Shown here: positions 12,501-22,494 of the stretch, piece by piece | How the letters are laid out: every line of letters begins with the position of its first letter | Numbering within the stretch: position 1 is the stretch's first letter | Source: Laetmonice hystrix | Taxonomy: Eukaryota | DNA: 64,000 nucleotides | Direction of reading: 5' to 3' | Assembly: GCA_965235115.1 (NCBI GenBank) | Contig: OZ249436.1 | Location: 48,610,001 to 48,674,000, forward strand | Translations under genes and position numbers: made by a program | Notes under the pieces: model-generated | Database searches by the model: none | Seen by the model: the letters and a program-made list of their open reading frames with translations, nothing else | What the model was told of the DNA's origin: nothing

Positions 12501-15500
12501 GTCTGGGGTGTCCACTGCAGTCGTAATGATGAGACAATGACAGATCGCTGGTATAAGACTGTAGTACGGTGGCCGAAAAGTACAACGGCGCGCAGCCACC
12601 AGTGCCGCGCCGCAGCAGCTCCAGCTGCCGCGCGCAGCGTGCAGGATAGCGCGGCAGCTCCAGCTGGCGCGCGCAGCGAGCAGTGTAGCGCCGCCGACAG
12701 AATACTGCCGCGCGCAGCGAGCGCTGTAGCGCCGCTGACAAAATACAGCCGCGCGCAGCGAGTGCTGTAGCGCCGCCAAAAGAATACGATAGCCGCACGC
12801 AGCGAGCGCTGTAGCACCGCTGACAAAGAATACAGCCGCGCGCAGCTAGCAGTGTAGCGCCGCCGAAGGTTTTTGCTACGCGCGCGCGCAGCGGACACCG
12901 TCTCACCGCCAGCATGTTTTCATTCAGCGCGCGCAGCGAAGGCTACAGCACTGCCAGCACTGCTTGTTTTGGGGCTGCGGCAGCGAGTGCTGCAGCACCG
13001 CCAGTAATACATCCGGGGAGTTAGGAAGCCGATGTTTGTCTTTGCCATATGAAGTTTTTGGCCTCGTTGTAGGTTCTAAATAGTACCTGATGTCACCATC
13101 TTAATATTTCATACAATTCTAGTGTCAATAGGTATGGTTTTCTTTAACCTCGGAGTCATTTATAGCAATTGTTAAGAAGTAGCCTACTTATGTTGCTGTT
13201 GCTAGGTAAAATTTTCTGTTGCCAGGTCACAACCCCGGGGCAAGATCTGAGATGGCACTAACTGTATAGGTCCAAAAGTCTTATGTCATGAGCTACCTCT
13301 GTGCAAAAATCATGCTTTGATCATAAAAGGCACAATTCCCTCAAAATTTTGCACCCAACTATCTACTTGATTAAAATAATACCTGATATTAAATTTAAAT
13401 TAAACTCCCTGCATGGTATGGGTTGTAAAACTTTCTATATAACTACCCTCCCATGTCACCGGGGTCAGGGGCGGATCTAGCTTTCAGGAAAGGGGGGGGG
13501 GGTTGATGTTTTGGGGGGGGGGGGTGATGTTGATGTTGGAAAGGTGGTAGTCAGCAGCTGAAGGGGGGGGGGGGAGGTTGCAACCCCCCTAGATCCGTCA
13601 CTGGGGGTGTACCATAAAGGGATGCCGGCAGTGTGCAACTCCAGCCCGTTTTAGTTGGGAGGGGGGGGGGGGCAAAAGGGTGCTAGCCCATTGTAGAACC
13701 GGCCATAATGTCGGGGGCCGAGGAGTGGCAAGAAAAAATTGGGGGGCCGCCCTGGGGGGCACCCCCCCCCCCAGTCCTCCACTGGCGCCGCCACTGGATG
13801 CCGGGGGCAGGGGGCATTGTTCCCACCCCACCCCACCCACATTTCCACTGCCAAAGCCTATTGCGCAGGACCATGCGAAAAATTGACCTTGTTTGGCGGA
13901 TCTTGCCCCACCCGTGCAGGCTTCAATCCCTCATGCACCCCCACCCTCACCTTGAAAATTCTGGATACGCCCCTGTGTGAGGAATTGAACATGGTAACAG
14001 GTTTGGAACAGGGCGTTTGGAACAGGGCGTATTTTGTCAGCGGCGCTACACTGCTCGCTGCGCGCGGCTGTATTCTTTGTCAGCGGTGCTACAGCACTCG
14101 CTGCGTGCGGCTGTCGTATTCTTTTGGCGGCGCTGCAGCGCTCGCTGCGCGCGGCTGTATTCTGTCAGCAGCGCTGCAGCGCTCGCTGCGCGCGGCTGTA
14201 TTCTGTCAGCGGCACCACACTGCTCGCGGCGCGCGCCAGTATTCTGTCGGCGTCGCTACACTGCTCGCTGCGCGCGCCAGTATTCTGTCGGCGGCGCTAC
14301 CCTGCTCGCTGCGCGCGGCAGCTGGAGCTGCTGCGGCGCGGCAGTGGTGGCTGCGCGCCGTTGTACTTTTCGGCCACCGTACTATAGGCCCGAGAATGAC
14401 TTTGGGTGTAGATGAGTGAGATTACTGTATATGTCTGACTTAAAAACTACCGGTAGGCGTATACCGTTCTATTCTATTTACAGTCATAATAATGTTATCT
14501 GCATGGGATTGGAAAAAGCTAAAAATCTACCGGCATGCAGCTGAAGATGAGGCAGGAGGAAAGCCATGGGGGTAACTTAAACTCCACTATGCCCGCGTTG
14601 CAGAAGTTTTGTCCTAAATTGCGATAAGAGAATCCTCGTAAATTTTAAGATACGAGAAAATTTGCGAACATTCGTAAATTGCGTTTCAGAACAGCTTTCG
14701 TATATCTGAAATTGCATATCTTAAATTTACGAATAAAATCGTAAATATTTTACGAGAATTCTCGTATATTGATTAAGGAAATGTTAACTTGTGTCGTGAC
14801 ACCTGAATACGCACAGGTCTTGGCATGTGCTCCGGTTTATCTGTTGTTTTTGCGGAACGAATGTTTATGTTTTGATGATGCGGCCACCATTTTCCATGGG
14901 CGTCGAAAGGTGGGGGGGGGGGGGGGGGGACATGTCCCTCCCACTTTTTATACAGGGCGGGGGACATCATATCAATTGACATGCCCCCCACCCCCCACCC
15001 CCACAAGCCAACCCTTGGTGGGTTCAGCAGACAGCAGGTCTGATTCCCTAAGCAGTATAAGCGCGTTGAACTGGATCCGATATGTTGGCATGACGTTGTC
15101 CGTCTCTTTCGGTAATTAAAATGCCAAACCAGGGCTAAAAATGAGTGAGTTTGTGGGGGAGGGGGCGAGGGGGGAAAGCATATTTTTGCCCCCCTAGCTC
15201 AAGGTGGCAGGAGATGTCAGGCGTCAGGCACTTTCTTTGCTTAACCACATCGAGTGGTCTAGATCTATAGCCATATCTGATAGATGTGCGATTTTTGCTA
15301 ATTAAAAAAATATTATTTTTAGCTACCTCTAAGACCTTGGAGTTTGATCCCCGATGCCAGAAAAACGCGTATTTGGCACTTTAATTTTCAATTTTTTTCG
15401 GGGGAAGGGCCCCCAGACCCCCGCTCGCATGACCAGCATTTCGAATCTTGGAACTTGGGACCTATGATTTGGTCTTTGCCCCCCACCTGTGAATATCTTT

Positions 15501-18500
15501 CGCCGCCTATGTAGTGCACATAATTTTAATTAATTGTCAAATACTTGTGGCAGGCACCCCCCCCCCCCCTCCCGCCCTTTTATCAATACTGAAACTCGAA
15601 AACTGGTCCATCTGCGCATGCATGTTGCATGCTTTAGATAGGGAATCGGAGGGGGGGGGGAGTCGTGACCCCCCCCCCCTTCTCTCGGTTATTTCCCCCC
15701 TCTATTTCTAATAAACATGCATTAATCAGTGGGGTGTCCAGGATTTTGATATTGGGGTGGGGCCCACCTACAAAAAGAAATTATCCTCGCTACGCTCGGC
15801 ATGATTTCATGTTAGCTGTACTAAGGCATCTTCATACAAAAAAAGGAAAATCTAAAGGGGCTGAGCCCCTCTGGATCCCCCACTGATTAATACATTAATT
15901 TTGACCAAAAGGTCGGTACCCAAAACTCTTTGGTTTGATGCAAAGAAGCCGGGAAATAGCATCTATGGCCTTTTATATTCCCAAACATTTTCAGTCGGAG
16001 CCCCCCCCCCCGGCGCGGGAACCTGCTGACTCCCCCCCCCCTGCAAAAAATCATGGATCCGCCCCTGGTCCCCCCACCACATTTTCAAAGTATTCGACGC
16101 CCATGCCATCATCAGAAGCAAAGGAAGACGACCGATCTGCATCCAAGCATGTCGGGACTGCAGAAGTGAAAAGGGAAGCCTGGGAGGAGATATCAGGTCA
16201 CTGTATCTAGACTCTGCTATTCGCTAAATATGAAGGATTTGTGAGGTGTTTCTCATTTATGAAGTTGCAAATTCTGGTAGTGCCTACTATAGATGTGACG
16301 GCAGCCTAGGTATAGCAGTTCTCTACTAGATCTTTTATTCAAATATATATCATATCTAGATGTTACGCGCCATCGGTCGATCTGACCCATCGGCCGATGG
16401 GGTCAGACCCATCGATGGATGGGTGGTTGGTAAACGGAACACATGGATGCAATACATAAAACGGACTATACTGTAGTTATCATGAAGAAAAAACGTTTAG
16501 CCGTAGGCACCCTAACTTTTAAGACTTTAACAGAACTTGAAATGTGTGTGAAAAAGTTGAGTAGTGTTAACAGCGGGTAAATCCGGCGGTAATCAAACAT
16601 GACAACAATGGTGACCGATCTGGGCAGGAGCTGGGTGTGGGGTCTGGACAGGAGCTGGGTGTGAGGCATGGACAGGAGGTGGGTGTGGGGTCTGGACAGG
16701 AGGTGGGTGTGGGGTCTGGACAGGAGGTGGGTGTGAGGTCTGTACACGAGGTGGATGTGAGGTCTGTGCAGGAGGTGGGTGTGGGGTCTGTACATGAGGT
16801 GGGTGTAGGGTCTGAACAGGAGCTGGGTGTGAGGCCTGGACAGGAGGTGGGTGTGGGGTCTGGACAGGAGGTGGGTGTGGGGCCTGGACAGGAGGTGGGT
16901 GTGAGGTCTGGACAGGAGCTGGGTGTGAGGTCTGGACAGGAGCTGGGTATGGGGTCTGGACAGGAGGTGGGTGTGGGGTCTGGACAGGAGATGGGTGTGG
17001 GGTCTGGACAGGAGGTGGGTGTGGGGTCTGGACAGGAGGTGGGTGTGGGGTCTGGACAGGAGGTGGATGTGGGGTCTGGACAGGAGCTGGGGGTGAGGAC
17101 TGGACAGGAGGTGGGTGTGGGGCCTGGACAGGAGGTGGGTGTGGGGCCTGGACAGGAGGTGGGTGTGGGGTCTGGACAGGAGGTGGGTGTGGGGTCTGGA
17201 CAGGAGGTGGGTGTGAGGCCTGGACAGGAGGTGGGTGTGGGGTCTGGACAGGAGGTGGGTGTGAGGTCTGGACAGGAGGTGGGTGTGGGGTCTGGACAGG
17301 AGGTGGGTGTGGGGTCTGGACAGGAGGTGGGTGTGGGGTCTGGACAGGAGGTGGGTGTGAGGTCTGGACAGGAGGTGGGTGTGAGGTCTGGACAGGAGGT
17401 GGGTGTGGGGTCTGGACAGGAGGTGGGTGTGGGGTCTGGACAGGAGGTGGGTGTGAGGTCTGGACAGGAGGTGGGTGTGAGGTCTGGACAGGAGGTGGGT
17501 GTGGGTCTGGACAGGAGGTGGGTGTGAAGTCTGGACAGGAGCTGGGTGTGGGGTTGTCTCCTCTAGGTTTTCATGTCATTTCTGGTTTACCGATGGGTCA
17601 GACCCATCGGCACCCATCCACCGATGGGTCAGACCCATCGGCCGATGGGCCGCGACCCTGGCGCGCCGCGCATCCACCCGTTGGCCGATCCACCGATGGG
17701 TCTGACCCATCGGCCGATGGGTCAGATCGACCGATGGCACGTACATAGATACTAATCTATCATCTTGCTATGGTTAAACACAAAATTTAAATCTTATATA
17801 TTATGGCCGCTAGAAGTGTCAACTAAACAATGGGTATATCGCCCATGATAACTTAAACCCCACGAAATTTGGTGGAAAGTAAAGATCCATGGCCCTGACC
17901 TTATCCCTAACCCCTAACCTCAGTCCCTACACCTCCCAAAAACATATTCCTATACTATCCCTATCCCTATCCCTGACCTTAACCCTAACCCATGCCCAAA
18001 CATTTCGTGGAAAGTTGGTTTTATATTTTTTGGTGTTTTTCCCCATAAATTTGACCATTGCTTCATGTCCACTTATGATAGGATTTAACTAATCTGGGGA
18101 AAAGTAACTTTTAAGTTTCACTACCCTTTGGTACAGAGTTGTATATAGAGCTTATGAGCTCATAGACTGTATATTTTCTCTGTCTCTGTGACAGTAAAGT
18201 TTATTAGACATTGACATTGAATGTAACAACCTATTAATGTTGGTATCTTAATATCAACAGAGACGGTATGTGCGACTGCTGCAAAGCGAACTCCAGATGA
18301 GTGTGAGACCCGTCTGAAAACTTACACTAGTGCTACCAAATATTACAAAAGAACAATCAGTTATACATTTTTATTATAATGATTATTTATATCTATTTTA
18401 CAGAACCACAACGAAGGCTGAGAGGATTACTGTTTGCACTAGGCTACACAATTTTCTCAGTAAAAAATCGGATATAATTATAATTAATTGTGATTTTCTT

Positions 18501-19990
18501 ATCATCTACAACATACCCTCTCACGGTGTGATAGACCCTTGCCATTTCGTTTCTCTTTGGTAGCAAACTCTGAATTTCCGAATTTCTGTGCCAAATCCTC
18601 AACGATGGCCTTTGGTAATCGATATTAACAGCAAAAACCATCCTCAGTGTAAATATTAAAGGGATCTGGACGTTCCTTTGGATATCTTGACGTCATGCCT
18701 GTCCATACGGTTACAGGTATCGTATAAGTTACGCCCAGGTCTGAGGTCGTCTTAAATATTTACGAATATCGTAAAACTTTCATAAATATTACGACAACAT
18801 TATTTACGATTTTTTGTTCTGAAACACTTTCGACAGAATTCGTAAATTTAAGATACGATTTTCATTAAGATTTTCTTCTGCAACGCGGGCTATAGGCCTA
18901 TAGTGGCTGTATATGGGACTCCTGGATGGGTCCATCAGGAGAGATTGGACTATATGTGTAGGCTATTATCATTGGAAAAGGTCTTACACAAATCAGCTAT
19001 CCATCCCTTGGAGATATTCCGACCGCATAAAACAGTGACGTGCAACATCATGCATGCTTTGTGTTCTACCTGAAATATTCAAAGTGCAATATGATGAGGC
19101 CCCTACACATAATAATTTTGAACACCATTGCATGACAGTATAAAGAAATCCCTTTGGTGAGGGTGGGGGCACCCCCCCCCCCGCCACTTTTGTTGCAAGT
19201 CTAAAAAGATCAAAAGCTTCTGGAAATTATAAGACCCTATACATAGATTCGAGGGAAAAGTTCAAATACACCTGCCCCCCCCCCACTTGAAATAGACAGC
19301 GGCGCTCCTGATCATGGGCCTATAGATTGTAGGCCTATAGACGGTCAACCGTTCCCTCCTTCCTTCTTGTCAAACAAACCACAAAACACGGGAGAATATC
19401 GAAGAAGGCCTCCCAACGGCTTAGAAAACAGGATGCACAGGACCTCACCGATCGCCCTTCGAGCAGGCAGCACGCCAAATTCGTGGTGGCGATACAGAAA
19501 CGCACCCAACTTTGCTAATCAAACACACCTGAAACTGTTCACATCCTTTCAATACCATTGTCTACCCAAGCATGCATTAGCGTTTAATTAGAGTTTAATT
19601 AGAGTTTAACTTCATCAGGATTTATCGAGGCCTATAATGTTATACGCAACGCATGCACAAGAACTCACCTCGAACACTTGGAAAGGGTCGAAGCTGAAAT
19701 GAAGCAGTCCAGCATTATTAAACTATAACATTTTTATGCAAAGATGGCAGTATTTCTAGAGGCCACTGCATGTAACACTGAGGACACAGGCCTCGTTGCA
19801 AATACAGAAGTCATAAACCGGAAATCCTCCTGACGGAAATGCATCAAATAGCAATAAGTAAAATATGGCAAATTAACGCAGGCAGATATATCACAAGAAA
19901 ATGTTTTATTTTCCTGCCATGCACGAGACTTTTGTAAGATATGTAAGATTGTAATAAGATTTCAAATACTTACTCTTCTATGTCAGCCAT
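3511..19990 (-). CDS. PLA2G4A: Cytosolic phospholipase A2 (group IV, cPLA2-alpha-like), 17 coding exons, 795 aa
   Basis: Exons: 19990-19974, 19693-19669, 19069-18988, 12514-12368, 11913-11798, 11002-10965, 10363-10231, 9941-9805, 9387-9165, 8692-8578, 8358-8221, 7821-7729, 7025-6791, 6203-6067, 5798-5620, 4822-4636, 3896-3511. All junctions GT-AG and phase-consistent (2388 nt). Starts [19 protein letters not shown]2 domain with [28 protein letters not shown]; catalytic Ser in [21 protein letters not shown] (MAPK-site equivalent); catalytic Asp in [20 protein letters not shown]. The 17-nt first exon is the least certain. Confidence 0.95.
4989..5143. mobile_element. Palindromic PIF/Harbinger-type MITE, TSD CAG
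   Basis: gggcccgtctcactaaaggc...gcctttagtgagacgggccc, almost fully self-complementary; CAG at 4986-4988 and 5144-5146. Confidence 0.85.
5156..5328. mobile_element. Palindromic MITE with TTAA TSD (Kolobok-like AG...CT termini)
   Basis: TTAA|agcgacagtctcgtccttcagcattgtgcgat...atcgcacaatgctgaaggacgagaccgtcgct|TTAA. Confidence 0.8.
7954..8093. mobile_element. Short TA-flanked MITE sharing termini with the 12567-14379 element
   Basis: TA|cgatggccgaaaagtacaa...tttacggccaccg|TA. Confidence 0.65.
11051..11063 (-). promoter_or_regulatory. Perfect nuclear-receptor DR1 motif in cPLA2 intron 5
   Basis: tgacctttgacct = AGGTCAaAGGTCA on the minus strand. Function untested. Confidence 0.45.
12081..12145. 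repeat. Purine (GGA/GAA)n microsatellite
   Basis: gggaggaggagaaggaggaagaggaggaggagaagaagg... Confidence 0.85.
12567..14379. mobile_element. TA-flanked (Tc1/mariner-like) non-autonomous foldback element with long, internally repetitive GC-rich arms
   Basis: TA|cggtggccgaaaagtacaacggcgcgcagcc (12567) and ggctgcgcgccgttgtacttttcggccaccg|TA (14379). Arms of about 300 bp built from gcgcgcagcgagc..tgtagcgccgc units. Interior holds poly-G-containing small elements such as caggggcggatctag...ctagatccgtcactg. Confidence 0.85.
14895..16105. mobile_element. hAT-like non-autonomous element nested in the Harbinger relic
   Basis: TIR catgggcgtcgaa / ttcgacgcccatg; 8-bp flanks ccattttc and ccatcatc (6/8 match). 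Contains a further small element cagtggggtgtccag...ctggatcccccactg (about 15727-15885). Confidence 0.7.
16366..17741. mobile_element. TA-flanked MITE nested in the Harbinger relic, carrying a minisatellite
   Basis: TA|cgcgccatcggtcgatctgacccatcggccgatggg...cccatcggccgatgggtcagatcgaccgatggcacg|TA; palindromic cccatcggccgatggg subrepeats. Confidence 0.8.
16617..17553. repeat. 24-bp G-rich minisatellite, about 39 copies
   Basis: Unit ggtctggacaggaggtgggtgt(g/ga)g. Confidence 0.97.
18517..18696 (-). pseudogene. N-terminal relic of a Harbinger (HARBI1-type) transposase
   Basis: [59 protein letters not shown], then a gtatg donor. In-frame TAA at 18627-18625. Starts about 200 bp inside the right TIR. 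No DDE core seen. Confidence 0.6.
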
Positions 19991-20402
19991 CGCGGTAATT
20001 AATTTTGTCCTTTTTATACTGAGGTGATTCTGTCAAAGAAAAGGAATCTTTGAAAAATATACCCCGCCGATGGAAGAGGCATGCAATAGTATACGCGCTG
20101 TTCAGGGCTTCCATACCTAAATCATTTTCATCCCATTTCCTTTCATATATATACAGGCCTACACTTATTAACCTTTAGATTATACGTGCCTTTAACATCT
20201 TGTTAGGCAGACCTAAATAATGGATGAGGAAATGATCAGAAAGCAATATACTATTATATATACGATAAATGATATATACATATATATATAAAACATTATA
20301 TGACTGGAACATTATAACATTATGTATGTAGATCTATATACAAAAAGGTTTTCTATAATTGATCAAACATGCAGTTGATGAGAATACATAATATGTACCT
20401 AC

Positions 20403-20700
20403 CTTGGTTTTCTCTGTCACTTGCTGACACTCAACATCCCTAGATCGTTTGCAAATCCGTCGGCAAAACCACACAGGTGACCTACCAGAGTTGTCACCGT
20501 GCGACGTACGTCTGGCGTCTCGGCGACCGCATGCAGCTGCCATCAGGATGTCCGCCGCACTGCGCGCAGCGACGCGTAGCGGCCATTATGGTCGTTCTGC
20601 GTACTGTTGCAATTTCTATTATTATAGCGGCGATGCGGTGCGAACTTCCGGGCTTCATTCAGTAACTTATGTCTTTAAACTGTGGGTCATGGAGGGCTTG
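20403..20700 (-). promoter_or_regulatory. CpG-rich promoter and probable non-coding first exon of cPLA2
   Basis: CpG-dense block, ETS-like acttccgg at about 20644, minus-strand donor AAG|GTAGGT at 20403, acceptor ttctttgacag near 20030 upstream of the ATG exon. Confidence 0.5.
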
Positions 20701-22494
20701 ATTCAATAGGTTAAAACTGTGGGTCATGGAGGAGAACATTGAGGATGTTAGGGTCCTGCTGGGCGAACGCTGCACGCCAAGATTGCATTGAGCACGACAT
20801 GATTCAGCAAGACGATCGAGTTAGACACGGTGTGTGTGTGGCCAACGACTTCCTCAAATTTAAAACTCAAAGGCCATCCTGACTTCCGACAACCCTGTTG
20901 CAGCCAACAGACGAGTGAAGGAAACTGTCTCCGAGCCCCCTCCGTGTCGACTCTCATACCGGCATGATCGAGACAACATGCATGATAACATTGTGTGGAT
21001 GCACAGTCAGGTCCAATATAGGCCTATGTCACTACGCCCTCCGGCCCCCCTCGATCCGCTATGCATAGCGGATCGGGGGGGGGGGGGGGCGGATCGGGAG
21101 GGGGGGAGGGGAGGGAGTGCCTCCTGAGTAAGCTATATAGTAGCTTACCAGCTAGGTTTCAATATAACAGTACGTAGGCTATATATATTAATCAAGTTAG
21201 GGATTCCTTTTTTTTATAATTGAAATCCCGGGGGGGGGGGGGGGGGCAGCTGCCGCCTCCTCCACCCCCCCGCAGGCTATACGGTCCTGTTGGCTTTTCT
21301 TATAGGCTCACTCACTGAAGATAATATGAGCCTACATGTCGTCGGTGTTGGCTCAAAGTGCTGTATAGGCCTATATAGGCCCCCTATGTGGCCTATGTGG
21401 CCTATGTGGCCTATGTGGCCTATAGGCCTTATAGTTCTATCCCGCCGCACTGTGGTTCAAGGGTTGGTGCACATGGTTTCTCCAAGAATTGCGCAGTCAC
21501 CCATCTTAGCAATAATTTCAAAATCGAGGTTTCATTCTAAAGAGGACATCTTGGCCTTAAGCTTGGCCTAGATCTATAGGCCTACTTCCCTATAGCCCTA
21601 TAAATATAGGCCTAGACTCTCATATAGGCCTTTACCTTTCATATAGGCATATTATAGATCCAGATTTTTTTTTTGCGTTTTCCAAAAATCTGTAGGTATC
21701 TAGGCCTTAGGGCTACCAGGAAATCCATAGATCTATAGATCTACCCGCTTCAAGTCGCGTCGTCGACACCTTCGACCTATGGCCTATAGGCCTACTAGAG
21801 AGCCATTTGAAGTAGGCCTATAGATCTATTCAAACGGCACCATCTTCCAACAATGTTTGGCCTATAGAATTTAGCTATTTCCTGAGTCTCTGAAATAGTA
21901 AAAAATGAAGGGCAATGTAGTCAAAAATTATTTATGGCATTCTTATGGCAATGGCGGGCCCGGGAATATAGGCTATAGAGGTAGGCCTAGGCATGGGGGT
22001 TAATTAACCTGCGGGGCCCCCCTTTTTGGCCGCCTGTAGCTTTCTACTTTCTCTTTCTCATGTGCAGTCTCACAAAATAAGCAGAAGTGAGGCTCTTGTA
22101 TTTCGCTACCGACTATGCAAGGGAATTCTGTTATTTAGGCCTAGCTTTAATAATTAGTTCGGCTTTCCCGCCTATCCATTGGTTGCGTGACTTGCGTCAA
22201 GTTAAGCTGGTTCCCGGCTCACTCGCTAGGTGGCTCTGTGGTCGACTGGCCACCTGATGAGTGAGCCGGGGACCAGCTCACATTGATGGACCTGTCCGCC
22301 AGGGGGCTAAACTTTATCTGACGTCATTTCAATTTCTTTGGGGATTTCCAGAGCCGGGCGAGAGGGGTGATTCCCGTTGGGCAGTCGTAGGATGTTTGAT
22401 TTTGATACGGTTCAAGTCGTTCAAACAAATCCAGAATGATATCCACCCGAGTAGGGACAAGGTGACGATAGGGCTCCACCCGTGAAACACGTCA

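Larger units (their letters stand above)
16136..18350 (+). pseudogene. Spliced Myb/SANT-like DNA-binding ORF relic (Harbinger ORF2-type)
   Basis: Donor tcag|gtcact after 16196 joins acceptor caacag|ag at 18261 in phase, giving [50 protein letters not shown], which fits the K..AW..I......RT..EC..R pattern. The 5' part is disrupted by the hAT-like insertion. Confidence 0.6.
14591..18890. mobile_element. Decayed, internally deleted PIF/Harbinger transposon hosting nested insertions
   Basis: TIR gcccgcgttgcagaa / ttctgcaacgcgggc, apparent 3-bp flanking repeat TAT, shared subterminal motifs (cgtaaattt.aagatacga; gtttcagaaca / tgttctgaaac). Contains Myb/SANT and transposase relics. Confidence 0.75.

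Noticed and set aside
12428..14419. Several long Ala/Arg/Cys-rich ORFs on both strands
   Set aside because: They are translations of the GC-rich arms of the foldback element.
16637..17527. 296-aa (GSGQEVGV)n ORF resembling a structural or elastomeric protein
   Set aside because: It is open only because the 24-bp unit has no stop in that frame; it lies in a MITE in an intron, lacks an ATG start and has no unique flanking domain.
17893..17992. Telomere-like ccctaa/ccctga/ccctat hexamers
   Set aside because: Short, degenerate and inside a transposon relic; not a telomere or a convincing interstitial telomeric array.
22254..22285. CTGATGA followed by a gtgagc/gctcac stem, suggesting a hammerhead ribozyme
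   Set aside because: The required GAAA after stem II is absent (attg follows).
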